Assembly: GCA_001949185.1 (NCBI GenBank)
Contig: BDGG01000004.1
Location: forward strand, 645,620-709,619
Length of the DNA stretch: 64,000 bases
Direction of reading: 5' to 3'
Origin: Ramazzottius varieornatus
Taxonomy: Eukaryota; Animalia; Tardigrada
Position numbers and translations under genes: made by a program. Below the pieces are notes generated by a model, which ran no database searches, was not told where the DNA came from, and saw only the letters and a list, made by a program, of their open reading frames with translations. Shown here piece after piece: positions 49,429 to 62,300 of this stretch (the stretch's first letter is position 1; each line of letters opens with the position of its first letter).

Positions 49429-50786
49429 ATGGAGCCTTTGGATGGCCAAGAAGAAACCAAGGTATATGTTTCAAGCTTCCTCTACTTTGAGTAAGAAGAA
49501 GCTTTTACCAGGCACATGCACTATCCTCTAGGTACAGCCAGCACCGGAACATGATCCGTTCTTATACAACGAGGAACTGCGTCGATGCACCGCAACTTCA
49601 GATAATCCATTGAGATGGGAAGACCTACCTTATACTCTTGTCACCGATATCTTTGAGATACTAGGATTTCCCTACAGAGTAATCAAACGTCGGTAAGTGA
49701 AGCAACCAGTGGGGAACACGGTTCATGCGGTATTTACAGTAGCGGACTGCGTCTCTTGAACGGGGTGAAGCACTTTTGCCTGTGTAATGTCTCGTTTGTT
49801 TAGCGTCTGCTACTCGTGGAATGAGCTCCTTCAAGAAGCGCCACCGCTGCTCTTCGTTTACAAAATCCCATTGGTCAACCAAGACTTTCAGTACGCCAAG
49901 TTGTTCCACCCTCACGAAGAAGACTCGCCTTTCCGGTCCGTGGCCTTCGGAACCCGGCATCTGTACTTCAACTTTGCCCGCGACGACAAAACATTCAAAT
50001 TCGACCGTCGGATCTTCCAGAACTTCATTGACTTCGCCCACGATCAGCGTATTGGACATGTCATCGTCAAAAACCCGGAATGTCGCATCCGTCAAGTGAC
50101 CATACGAAAGGCGCGGTCCTTCGACCCGCAATACAAGACGGCCCTTCGTGCTCTGGGCTTCAACATTGTAGAGCGACCGGTGGTCTTCTCGCTGGTCGAC
50201 TGCGACGTGATGTTCTCGAGCTATAATAGCGGTGACATCATGAGGATAGCTGAAAGACACCATACGCTCTTCCAAGCACTTCCATGGCGGAGATCGCTGA
50301 TTGGGCGTTTACCGCGGCTGGATTTTGAGCGGGTTCTCAGCGACGACCCGAATGTTTTTCTTCGACCGTTTGAAGAAGCTAGAACGAAATTGATCTGGCC
50401 TTATCCTACTGAGCAGCTTTACTGGTTGCTCCACTGTCTGGAGAACCTGACGGATCAGATGACAGCTGAACTGTATCCGCATGTTGAAAGGTAGGACATC
50501 GCTACGATAATAAATGTTTCGTGCTTAAGACTTAGTATCATGTCTTCCGTTCAGGCTGCGAACGAGATTAACAACGTTCTTGGAAAGGGATGCTTTTGAC
50601 ATCAATCGGCACAACGATTTCCTGCAGTTCACCATCGTGGCAGCGTATCTTACACATAAGGATGATCCGGGTTTTCCACCCGCACCTCACAAGATCCCGA
50701 TTTGCCGGTCGCATCCGACAACCGTGATCTGCGAATGCTTGATGCGGACTACTGATTTGTACTCTCACATGCTCAACGTTATGTGA
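49429..50786 (+). CDS. F-box protein with unknown C-terminal domain (4 exons)
   Basis: Spliced F-box WEDLPYTLVTDIFEILGFPYRVIKR/RVCYSWNELL; in-phase GT-AG introns ~49462-49530, ~49693-49803, ~50491-50554; AATAAA-like signals after the stop. Confidence 0.8.
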
Positions 50787-51100
50787 AATAATTTCACACT
50801 AAAATTTAATTTATTTAAAAATCCGCTTGTTCTCATGATTCTATTTTGCTTTTGTTGCTGTTGTACCTTTCCAGCGGCCTCTACCCTCGATGAAATATGT
50901 TTCCGGGTGAAAAAAGAATTCACGGGTAGTGCTACATGACGGACGGATGTCGAAACCTAAGTTGTCGATGCGAATATAAAATCAATATCACCATTTACAA
51001 ACTGACCGGCCGCCAACTAAGTACCGAGCCGGTCACAGATCGCTGCGCCGCCAGCAGAACCGACGGGTTTGACTGTTGATCAGTCAAGTCATTGCTGCGA

Positions 51101-53846
51101 ATGTATGTTCGAAGTTCAAAAGTCAAAACCTTTATCCGCTTTCGCAAAATTGCAGAGCGCTTTGTCTCCGATTCTAAGATGAGTGAAATCTGCCGAACAT
51201 CTGGTTCTAGAATCCACGTCGGCCGGGACCTGCAATCCGCCCGGCTAGCGATGTCTGCTCCCCTCACACCTGACAAGCTTCCGCGAAAGAAATGCTGGCA
51301 CGAGTCGAAGCACCTCCGGAAGCGAGCTGCTTTCCTGCTGAGCGATGCCATGGACATAAGTGAATACTGCTTGATGCCAATGTCAACAGACCCAGCCGTG
51401 AGTTGAACTACAGTAGCTGATGAACCTCGCTGTAACTTCGAAATGAACCCTTTTCCAGTACGCGTATATCCTTTCGGCACGTTGCTGTTTGCGCTGGTCA
51501 GCCCGGTGTTTCGGGCGATGTTACACGGAGAGATGAAAGGGAAGAACTTTGTGCAAATTCTGGATGTTACGCCATCGGCTCTTCAGTGCATCAAAACGTA
51601 AGACCAACTGACTTTCATAAATATTTCCGCCTCGGTTTCGAACCGTCGATCACAGCATTCCACCTAAGCTCTGTTTCATCTACCGATGGGTGGTACTTTT
51701 AGCCTCCTGGCCAACCCATCCAACATTTTTATGGATTCTTTTCCGGCCATAGTTCTTAGTTCGCGAGGCGGGCAACTTGGCCGTTCCAGGAAGTTGAGAT
51801 CAGCTCTTGATCATCCCGCTACGGGGGAAGATCAGCTGATAGGATCTCTGATCCTTAGTATGTACGATCCTCTACTAGGGTTGTTAACGGATGGATCAGA
51901 CAGTTATCCGGATGGGATCAGATGCCGATCCGGATGGAGCCGGAAAGCAGTCGGATGGATAGAACTCCGATCCGAATCGGTTGCCGATGGATGAGTCTTC
52001 TATCCGGATGATCCGGATCTTGTCCGGATAAATACTCGAACCTTGGCTTAGAGACTTACAGATGACACAACGAATTATAGTTCGTAGGTTTTGACATGCT
52101 GTGTTGCCGGGAAGCATGGACGATACAATTTGATAATCCTCCGTCAACATAGTCTGTATATACTAGAAAATTAAATCCCAAGACCTTAAATGACAAGACA
52201 AAGATTGGATACACAAAACTACGCTCAAAAGACAAGCTTGTAGGGAGATTGCGAATTTCTGTCGGATTACCCGCTGGTCTATTGGACTGTTTGCTTGCGC
52301 GTTAGTGGTTTTGGTTCTATCCGGATAGAAAGCCGGATGAATGGATGAGAGCTCATCCGAATCCCATCCGGATGGATAGGATCTCTCTCCGGTTAACAGC
52401 TGGATGGATAGAATGCCTATCCAATCCAACTTCTATCCGGATCCATCCGATGTCGGAATGAATATCAACAACCCTACTCATCTACGTTATTATCTAGGTA
52501 CGCGTATTCGGATAGTGTCGATCTAGTAAATGTCGACAATGTGATGGATGTTTTGGCCGCCTCGAAGAAGTATCTGATTTCCAAACTGACGCGATATCGT
52601 TACACATTCATCCAAAGTCACATTACGCCAGGGAACGCGACCGTATTCTGGGGCAAGGTGAGGTGTATACGGTAAGAACGGATCTCCCCAGTAAACTTTC
52701 ACGATGACTGATACGGGATCTGAACAAACAAAACACACAAGGTCGTAATCCTGAGCGGCGCAACCTGCCAGCCAATTACGTTGAAAACGTGCGCCACTTG
52801 GGGAAACGATCTCGTCCGTTTTGTTTGCAGTTTGCACGGCTCCCATACATGTCAATTGGCTGGTCGCATCGCGCCCGATCCACCGCAAGATGGGGATGCT
52901 TTTTCTGGAAATGATAATTGTTGTAACAGGTGGAATACCCGACACCAAAACAGCGAGGACGCGTCTCTGGAGCCCAAAGCCAAGCGCCGCAAGAGTGACG
53001 AACTGTTCCGGCATACTCTTTTGCGCTGTTCACTCCAGAGCAGCTTGCTACTGGTCCTGTTCAGGTATTTTCTTTTGCATTGCATAAGCAAATTTCATAC
53101 CGCACAGGTTATTAAGTTTATCTTGCATGTTTTTTTTTGCGGTAGGATGGGCTGTTTTCGGAAGAGGGTCTCGGCGAACTATATCGTCACGCCTTCGGTG
53201 CCAAAGAACTGACCATCTTCAGTCTGACAGTAGAAAAGCAGCTTCGTCTTTCCATCTGGAAGTCAGGCTCAAAGTGTACAACTCCACCAACAACACGAAG
53301 TGGCACTTGGTTGATACGATTCAGATTGTCATATGGGCAGATGTGGCACCTCATGAAGCCGAAGTTCTTCGGGAGTATATTAAAGAGAACGCTCTGTTTT
53401 ACTTTAAACATTCGGTGGACGATTCGGCCACGGGGAAACTCCGTACGCTGGAGTATGATCGGAGCACTAAAAAAAGAGCTGCCCGACAAAAACTCCGGAT
53501 GTCGGCTGCCGAGATGTCGGACGACGGTGACAAGGCGGAGATTTTCTGGCCTACTTCCGGAATGGTCTACCTGAAGCTGCAGTGTGGACTCCCCGTTTTG
53601 ACACTCCTCCCGTGGAAGAATGTGGAGCTGGGCAGACAAGAACCTGAAAATGTCTTCGGCAAACCATGTTTGTTCGGACCAGTCGTCGGGAAAGCTGTGA
53701 AAGGACCAGCCCAGCATCTCAGTCAGGTGGGAACTTACACCTATGACGCTACCGGGGATTTCGAGCTAGAGGGGAAGAATCAACCGTGGACCGACAGCAA
53801 GGCACTCGCTTATGGCTTAACGTTTGAATGTGATCTGTCGGTGTAA
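51101..53846 (+). pseudogene. BTB(-BACK) CUL3-adaptor gene, BTBD1/2/3/6-like, frameshifted
   Basis: LLFALVSPVFRAMLHGEM...ILDVTPSAL / YAYSDSVDLVNVDNVMDVLAASKKYLI / FALFTPEQLATGPVQ. Apparent frameshifts near 51363, 53015 and ~53240; most of BACK missing. Confidence 0.75.
51876..52476. mobile_element. hAT-like non-autonomous element in a BTB-gene intron
   Basis: TAGGGTTGTT...AACAACCCTA termini and many subterminal ATCCGGAT palindromes; TSD not exact. Confidence 0.65.
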
Positions 53847-54033
53847 TCGTTTTCGCGACAGTCACAACATTCATATTACGCTGCTTTCCGGATCCATCCC
53901 GAATTTACATTTTTCTGATAAATGCCGAATCGCCAGACCCTGAGAAGGGTTCAAAATCATTAACACCGAGCATCTTGACGGCAGAACCACACAGAAGAAA
54001 AAGCTGGAGCTTGGAAGAGGGGTTTGTTTTCGC

Positions 54034-54610
54034 TTAGCGAGGCCATCTATCCGGTTTGCTAGGATCGTTATACTGAGGATACCGCTTCAACAACACGTTG
54101 GCTTGCCGAGCCGTCAACCTTTCGCTGCCGGGTATTAGCGTCCCCAACTTATTCTGCGCATCAAGCTTCGCTTCTTGCTCCTGCAAACGAACAGAAATAG
54201 GCTGGAAAACGGGACGAGGCAGAAAAGAGGAGAGTCAAAGGGTGAATAAGGAAGACATACCCGTGACCGTTCACTGCACATCTTAAACTGCAGAATTTCT
54301 TTGGCGCAGACAACTTGGTCAAACTCGTTTTTCTTGAAGCACTCGAACATCCCCGTCATCTCCTGAAGGCATTTCTCCGCTAGAAAACAAATGCACAATG
54401 TCACTTTTCCACTTGGGATCTAACACAAAATGATTTTCGTATAATTTTCGATGAAATAGCGCACTTACGAGCATCTTGGCCTGCCGCCGCCTTGTATGTT
54501 ACCTCATTCCTCAGCTTCAGCGGTAGAAGTTCCTTGAACCTTAGAGGAAAGATTTCAGTCGTAGGATTCAGGGGTTTCTTGTAAAAGAGGAGAGACGTTG
54601 TCTTAGGCAT
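54034..54610 (-). CDS. CHCHD1: CHCHD1 / mitochondrial ribosomal protein mS37 (3 exons)
   Basis: PLKLRNEV, twin Cx9C CLQEMTGMFECFKKNEFDQVVCAKEILQFKMC, C-terminal LTARQANVLLKRYPQ. Confidence 0.88.
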
Positions 54611-56899
54611 GGCGGCGTCGATCAGCTGTCCTTCATCCGAGCTGCATGCAATGAAGCTAGAAAATCGGACGAAATACCGAATACGCGCGCCCCTTCTTCC
54701 AGAAAGACGTTTTATTTACGTTCTCACGGTTCAACGTGATGTACTTGGCAAGTGCTACACAACTTTACTCCAAACAAGCAGAAGGCACATAAGGATGCTG
54801 GAAGACGAATAGACGATCTATCAAAACGGCAGAAAGAAGGGAATGAAGAAATATCTAGGAGTTCGGAACGAGTCAATCAAGTGAAATATAAAGTTATACC
54901 AGAGTGATACACGTGCCGAAGCTGTTTGCCATGCCAGGCTTTATAAGCATTGGATAGCATGGCACAATCACGCGGAGAGTTGGGTTTGGCATGCTATGGG
55001 GTTCTTTTACCAGTGGAGAACGCAGCAAGTTTGTTCTGGTTGGTGTTCAGCATTGCTCTTAGTGAACTGACGCAGCTTTGACTTTTCTTCCCACTCTGTC
55101 AAGCAACTTTCTGCCGGATCCGTTGTTCCGTTCAAATTTTAGATTTTTTGCTCAAAGGAAAAAACATGTGCGGCCACTGCAAGCCGGTAGAATAATTAAT
55201 ACAGTAGTAAAGTTAATTGAGTGTTACAAACTGTACTCGAATAACACTTGAGACCACGATCCTCCACACACTGTCTGATATGGCATACTTCCACCAAACC
55301 AATCAGACATCTATTCGGACAGGTTATAATTCCTAGCTTCTCCTAAACATAAACTTCTGGTTGGCACGAACCTGTTAAGGAGGTATTAACAGGGCTGTGC
55401 CGTATGACGCGATGTTCGCGCGTTTTCACGAACAACTTCTTCTTCCTGCGTGTCTGTTTGCGGAACCAACCTCGATCTTCTTCCCTTCCTGTCAGCTTAT
55501 GGTAAGACTGCTAACTGGATTTGTCGTGATTGCATACAGTAAGTACACCAGCTTTTTATTTGCAGGTTATCCTGAACGTCTTCGCTCTGGAAAAGTACAT
55601 CACCACCGTCTGCAGCTGCTGTCTGAAAGTCCATCACCGCGACTCGTCCCTGCCTTTTTCGTCTTCTTTCAATTCATCACAGATCTACAAGTGCCTTCGC
55701 AGTGACACAGGTGTGTAGCTGATACATTTTACATGTTCGTAGTACATGAACGTATACAGAAATCTTGTCATTTTCACATATGCAAGTGCTGTTACCCACC
55801 GATGCTGCGTACGACGTCACAAGTCACGTGTGCAACATCCGCGACTACAGCACGTGACCTAGACGTCCTGCGTGTGTCTGGGAACCATATGCAGGATATG
55901 CGCACTAGTGCATGCACATAGAGCTGCGCATGGGCGGAGCTTGACTTAGCAAGTATTTGCACATATTAGGCAACCAATCAGCACTGGTTACGCAAAAGTG
56001 GCGCGTTTTGAGGGACTTACGCAGCAGCAAGTGCGCCAACCATCCAGACGTTACTTGTAACAATTCATCGATATTACTTTCTTCTGTTTTCAGGCTACAC
56101 GATCCAGAAAACGCCATTTATTGCCGACATCGCTCTGAAACCAGAGTTTCTTCAAGATCGCCCCAATTTAATGCCTTTGTTTCTTTAAAGAATTTAAGAT
56201 TTAATTATTTCAAAAAATTTAATTGATATTTAATTCCAGTATCGAGCAGAAATTTTTCCAGATAGGGATGAGGGCAATGCGGTATTTTTCGAGACACCGC
56301 ATTGTAATCCAGAGTTAGTGCTATGGGCAGTTGCTGGACGTGACCTCAACTGAAGCATTAGTTAATTGTTCGTAACGTTACAATGCCTTAAAAAGATCGA
56401 AACTCAACCTCGTATCACCTCCATCCGTAAATAAAAACTCCCACGCCGCAAAATCTGAAAAGAATCTTTACTTCAGATGATCGAGGCTTATTTTAGGACT
56501 TGGCGCTTGCTGTATGTTGTTTACTTGCAGAAACGGAAATTACTTCGTTGTGGTGTTTTCTTTCTACTGGATGCGGAGTGGGATAAACATGAAGTCGCCA
56601 TGGAAAGAGAGTAGCGTCATTTTGAGGGCTCGGTACGTTATATATTATGGTACGTCAAGGTGCCGTGGGTTTGGCGGGATCATTGATCTGTGCGTTATTC
56701 GTTCAAGATTCATAGTGTGATTGCTAACGGCGTCAGGCATGATATTCCTAAACTCGGGACAACGAAGAACGGTGTGTACACGGTGAAACGCATCGAGAAT
56801 CCTTTCGATCCAAAAGACACGGAGTATGAACATCAGACCATCAGAAAGGGCGATTAGTTAGAAGAGGTTCGCCGAACAGAAAACGGAAGCAGCAATTGT

Positions 56900-58400
56900 T
56901 CTCTCTTCTGGGGAGGAGACTCAAGGGTGAAATCGTGTGCCGCTTATTTCCAAAGCTCCGAAGTTTTTTTCAGTTCTTGGTCAGGTGCTAGAGTGGTGGA
57001 TGTTCTTGCATCGACGCAAATGATGCTTGGGATGACGGTCGGTACCAGGGGAGTAGTTCTGACTTTCGGAATTAATAATGTGCTGACTGCTTTTAAGAAC
57101 GGAAGATTCCATGACCCTTCGGAGCGGTAAAGCGTTATCGCCGAACTTCTCGAGCTTTTCACCCTTTTCTTGGAGGCACCTGGTAGTAGATATTATGTAA
57201 TTTGTGACGGAAGTTGTCAAGATCAACAAGAACTACAGGATTAACGGAGCCCACGTCGAACCCCATGACCTTGAGTACATCAACAGTGTCATCGATATGT
57301 ACAACAGAAGGCTTCAGCGGTGTATGGAGTTGCACGAAGGCGATTACATCGGTCTGAAACATCCTGGGAACTTCAAACGAGATTGAATCTGTGACGTACG
57401 TAGTCGATGCTTTTTGCCGATACGGTTCTTCAGTAAACTCCAGTAATTTTCTAGGAAACAGTTGATCAACTTGTCTCACTCCTTCTTCGTATTTGGAGGC
57501 AGTAAAATCTACCACATGTGGGGTAGATTTTAGGCAGTAAATTGGAGGCAGTAAAATCTACCCCATCTTCTAAAGCACACGCGGAATAACCTGATTGTTG
57601 GCAAGCCACTGGGAAATCCGTTGAAGGTACACACTAATGTGGTTCAGGGCTTACTGTCATAAAGCCAGTTGTTCTTACAGTTTCTTGATTCTGAAACCCG
57701 AGAAGCGATGCAAGACCAGTATGGATTCCTCTATGCCTCGCCTCGGTTCTTCCTAAATGTAGTGGAGTAGAACGACGTCCAAAGAAGACATGGCCTGTCT
57801 CCAGCCCCAAAAACGAACCGGAATTGCCTCGAGTTCAACAACTTTGATAGCAGAATGTCCGAAGAGCTGGAGTGTGCTTGAGCGTATCGACTGCTGTCGC
57901 CATGTTTGTTCTGGAAAACTCCGATGTGTACGGAACTGCGAGAGGCGCAGCAGCACGCGCTTTCTGTCTATTCTTCAACAACTGGTTCGATCCTCAACAC
58001 TCCGTGTCCGTAGAGAATCATCACCAAAACCGTCGAGCAGTGACGCAGGTCAACGGACAGCTCAAGGTCCATTTCAAAATTTCACGCAGCTCTAAAGCAT
58101 GTAGAATAATCGTATGACTTGCAGAAGTTTCAGACTGAATACGACTTCTTCGAAGAATACGCCAATAAAATCTCCAAAGATCTGTCTTGCTGTCTTGCGT
58201 CTATCACCATCTAGGGGCTCCGTCCATCCAGAAACAGCTGAACCGTTTCACTTGTGCCGAATGTCGACCAGCGTACTTTTATACTCGGCAGGCGAATGGT
58301 AACATCTCCATCCCTGTCGACCTTCTTCGACCTTCCCGGATCACGTACCTTAAAGACAGTGGAAACCTGTTTTACGGTACCGAGGAGTTGTACTAGCATT
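56900..58400 (+). pseudogene. Degenerate SGNH/GDSL-esterase-like ORF remnant, probably TE-derived
   Basis: LFWGGDSRVK (block I), SWSGARVVDV (block II), VVLTFGINN (block III), then stops and frameshifts; downstream fragments unassignable. Confidence 0.45.
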
Positions 58401-59336
58401 TCATCAAACTGGAGTGTACATTTCGAAAGTAAGTCGACAAAAGTATTCAGCTCAAGAATCCGAGGAAAGAACCACTGAAGATTTTGGAGCTCCCAGCGTA
58501 CAATGTGGCCGAAGAAAAATCTTTTGCTTTTAAGCTTCTGTTGCGAGATACGAGATGTACTTGTAACGCGTATTTGTTTCTTCACGAACGCTTCAGATAG
58601 CTATATTCGCTTGCGTCTTCATTGCAAATTTCGTGCTCTGAAGAGGCAGCGCGTGGCAGAGCGTAAGTCCAAAGCTTTTGCCAGCAAGGCGAAAAATGTG
58701 CTTGCTCGAAAATCCAAAAGAGAAATCTGGAAAATCTCAGAAAGGTTGATGTTTGAATCGCCAAATTGCAAAGTTTACCATGAGCAAATAAAATCACTCA
58801 CATTGGTGAAGTCGAAACTCGAGTTATTTTATCTCATTATCACTTATCTACCTTGTTCTGTCTCCAATGTTGATCCGGTAATTTCAAGTAATAGATGGTG
58901 TAAGTCTAAAGTAAATGAAGTAATGTCTCACTAAGTAGACGTGTTCTGCCTTGTCGGTTCGATGGAGCTTCGCAATCCACCACTCACAGGTAAGTCACGC
59001 CCCGTGCACATAGCTGATCCGCCCTCGACTTGATGCATTTTCATGTTGGCCAATGAGGCGATTATCTCTATTTTTGAAATTTCTGTTTTTACCTCTGTTT
59101 GGGCGGACTTACATTATCCAATCCCAGTGGAGAAATCCTACGTCATCCAACTCTCCTCGTGATTTTCCATCAGTATTTTAGTACATTCTGCACGTGTATC
59201 ACGCTGGTTATACGGTAGGGTTGTGGTGGCTAAAATTTACAGCTGTTCAATCAAACTCAAACGTTCCGCAGTGATGTCAGATCTATGTCCAACAGATGGC
59301 ACCATATGAACTCGCGCGCGACGTCATCGCGGATGT

Positions 59337-62300
59337 TCACCGTTCGACAGATCTCCACTGCGGCCATTCTATAGCTGGCTGAGGTAAACGAGACAACGGC
59401 GAGGCACTCTGGGAACGTCGAATGCGTTCATCTGGCTTGCGTAACAAGGCACGTCGACGAGAAGCGGTGACGGGAGCATTCTGTAAAACAGAAAGAAGGC
59501 GAACGATCAAGAACCTTTAAAGTGGACACACGGATTCCGCGTAGAAAAAGAACCGAAGTGGAAAGTTTTTTCTCGTCTTACTCGAGTGGGAGAACGTCTC
59601 CTGGATGGGTGGCTAAACGACCGAGTGAGCGTCTGAAACAATCGTAATCAGTTTCTGTTGCACAAGTGGGAATGATCTCTGTCGGAATAGGCCGAAGTCC
59701 AACCGGAAGCGAATGTCGTACGGGAAAACTTACAGCTGACCGACGTCGGAAGCGTCCATTTCGTGCACTTCTTCTTGCAGTGTTCGCAGTCGCAACTGCT
59801 ACTGCATTTGCTACGATACTGGAATTGGCTGATCGGGAACGACGCATTCGTTGGCGGTTCATAGCGAGGAATATGGTGCAGTATAGTAAAGTGGCCAAAT
59901 AATTTACACGAATCTTCCGGAATACTACAAAGATGTCAAAAATACTTCCGCGTCTCCGTACGTCTTCATTAAACTTAGAGCTTTCCTGCAGCCTAAAGTA
60001 ATCGTTGTCAAGGCATAACTGCCATTTCAGAGATCCAGAACACGGAGAGTCTTCTGACGATTTTTAATGACTTTCCAAAATAATACTTAATCCTCTCTTC
60101 AGAAAAATCAACAGCATCCAAAAGAGGGAACGAGAAACAGCAATAAGCTGCAAAAAAGAAAGAATAGACCTTAATCAAACTCGAATAAGCAAAAGTGCTC
60201 TAGGAGAAAACTGATGATTCAGATCACTAGCAGGGGATATGTGCCTATGGGTCCAATCTGGAGGAATACCCAAAAAAGAAAGCATTCTCACGGATTATTT
60301 CTCACAACAGGAAGACTCTAAACCATTGAGCCATTGCCGCTACTCTTTGACAGCTTCATTGTGCTGGGTACGCCCACAGTGTAAGGCTTCCTCGTTGTGC
60401 TGGTTGAAGGAGTGACACCAGGTGGTGGCATGGAGCCATACGGTGGCGGTACAGGTCGTGTCATGGTAGCTGCCACGTAGTCAGGTGGCGCTCGTGGACG
60501 ATGTCGTGTGGTTGTCGTAAAGGACTCCACTTCTCGAGGTGGGATGTTGGAGATGACGGTGGGTGGTCGGGAGATCGTGGACACGGTGGACGAGCAGGAA
60601 GACGCAGAGAGGGAGGTGCAGCGGGAAGGAGGGGTACAGCCGCGAACTAGGGAAGGCGAAGACTGGACCGAGCTGGAGCAGCTGTTGGCTACACCGGAAT
60701 CTGTCATGGAGTGAGAAGACTCCGTGGACGCTACCGAACCTGAAAAATAGAAAACATGAGTACAGGAGGTAGCTAACAAGAAGATGAAGGCCCAAATTCC
60801 ACTTCGATCCACCATTTTTTCCTGTATAGGTTGGTTCAATTATCGGTTTTTTTCTACGCTAATTCGTAATGCTGAATTTCATTATTGATCAATACAGTAA
60901 TGGATGCTTCTACGTTAGTCCAGAATAGTACATACCTGATTGGGATTTTCGGATGGCGATGACGCTGGTACTTTCCGCTGACAAATCTACCGGTCTCGTG
61001 GCGTACGGTGGTCGAAGGAACCCGAAAGACCCGCTGTTCTCGCTTCCGTGGTTCGGATGGGCGATGGGAGCCGTACGGCGACCACCAGTATACGGTGGCT
61101 TTGGACTGACGGCGGAAGTCCGTGTCTGTTCTCGTCGAGTACGATTGGCATGGTTGGCGTTGTGACGCACCTTGGTCGAGTCAGACAGATCCAACAACCG
61201 ACGTACGGCTTGCGGAGATCGCTGACCAAACTTCGGACCGGCAAAACTGGTGGCCTGATCTGGTACCGAATGCTGACGTCGAATGGGGGCTGTTGAGGGC
61301 TCACAAGTCAGAGACATGGAGTGCAGCTTGTCTTCATCGTTCAAAACCTGAAGAAAATAAATAGACCAATATGAGTCTTGTTAATTACAAATTTGTTTCA
61401 GTGGATAGAACCGAGTAAACAGACTCGACAAAACTGTAATCCCAAGTGGCGCGCTTCTATAGTGTTATTGGGCGGAAGCGTGCGCCACCTGGGAGAACGT
61501 TGGCGAGACCGTTTTCCAAGTGGTGCACGCTTTCGGACAATCATACTGAAAAGTGCGCTATTTGGGAAAGCTGTCCTACCGATTTTATTTGCTGAACCAA
61601 ACGCGCGTCAGGGCCTGAAAATCTGACGGACCAGACTATGTGGCCAGGGGAGCCTGAAACAAATCTCATAGACCAGCTTAGGGGCCAAGACCAGGGGTCG
61701 CCCGGGCTGCACTCCCAGTATAAATTTGGACCCCTGTTAAATTGCCCCGAAATCTCGTGGACCGAGACTCCCTTTCACCATTGCGGGCCGGAAAATCTTA
61801 TGGACCGCGGGTCCACAAGGAGACTGGCTGACGCGCGCTTGTGCTGAACTTTCTAATATCGTCGGAATATTGATGTATTCAAATTAGTATTTTCCATTTC
61901 AGGAGCTGATTTTATAATATTTTTTGCTGGATTGCGTTGTTCACCTGGAAGTTGTTCCAATATTGTTTGACCTTGCGGACCATTTGGGCCTCTTCGTACA
62001 GCTTCTTGGCCGAAACGCTCATGATGGTGTTGGATTTCTTGCGGCTCGGGAGTGAGCGCGAGCCGTGACTCTTCCTTCCGGATGACATGACCGAACCGGA
62101 AAGCGACATCATGCCCGAAGCTCCATCGATTATCTCATGCAGGAAGTACGGCGAGCTGGTGTACTGCTTCAACAACCGGATCTCCTTGGAAATCATTCGC
62201 AGCTTCTCAAAGTTGATCAGGTCTCCGTCGTACGAGTCATTTCCCTCATGGAGAAAGGTCAGATCTTTCCTACAAAAAAATTTACAAAGGTGAGACAATC

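Noticed and set aside
51880-52460. ATCCGGAT repeats as a CRISPR-like array
   Set aside because: Irregular spacing, short palindromes within TIRs, eukaryotic context; typical hAT subterminal repeats.
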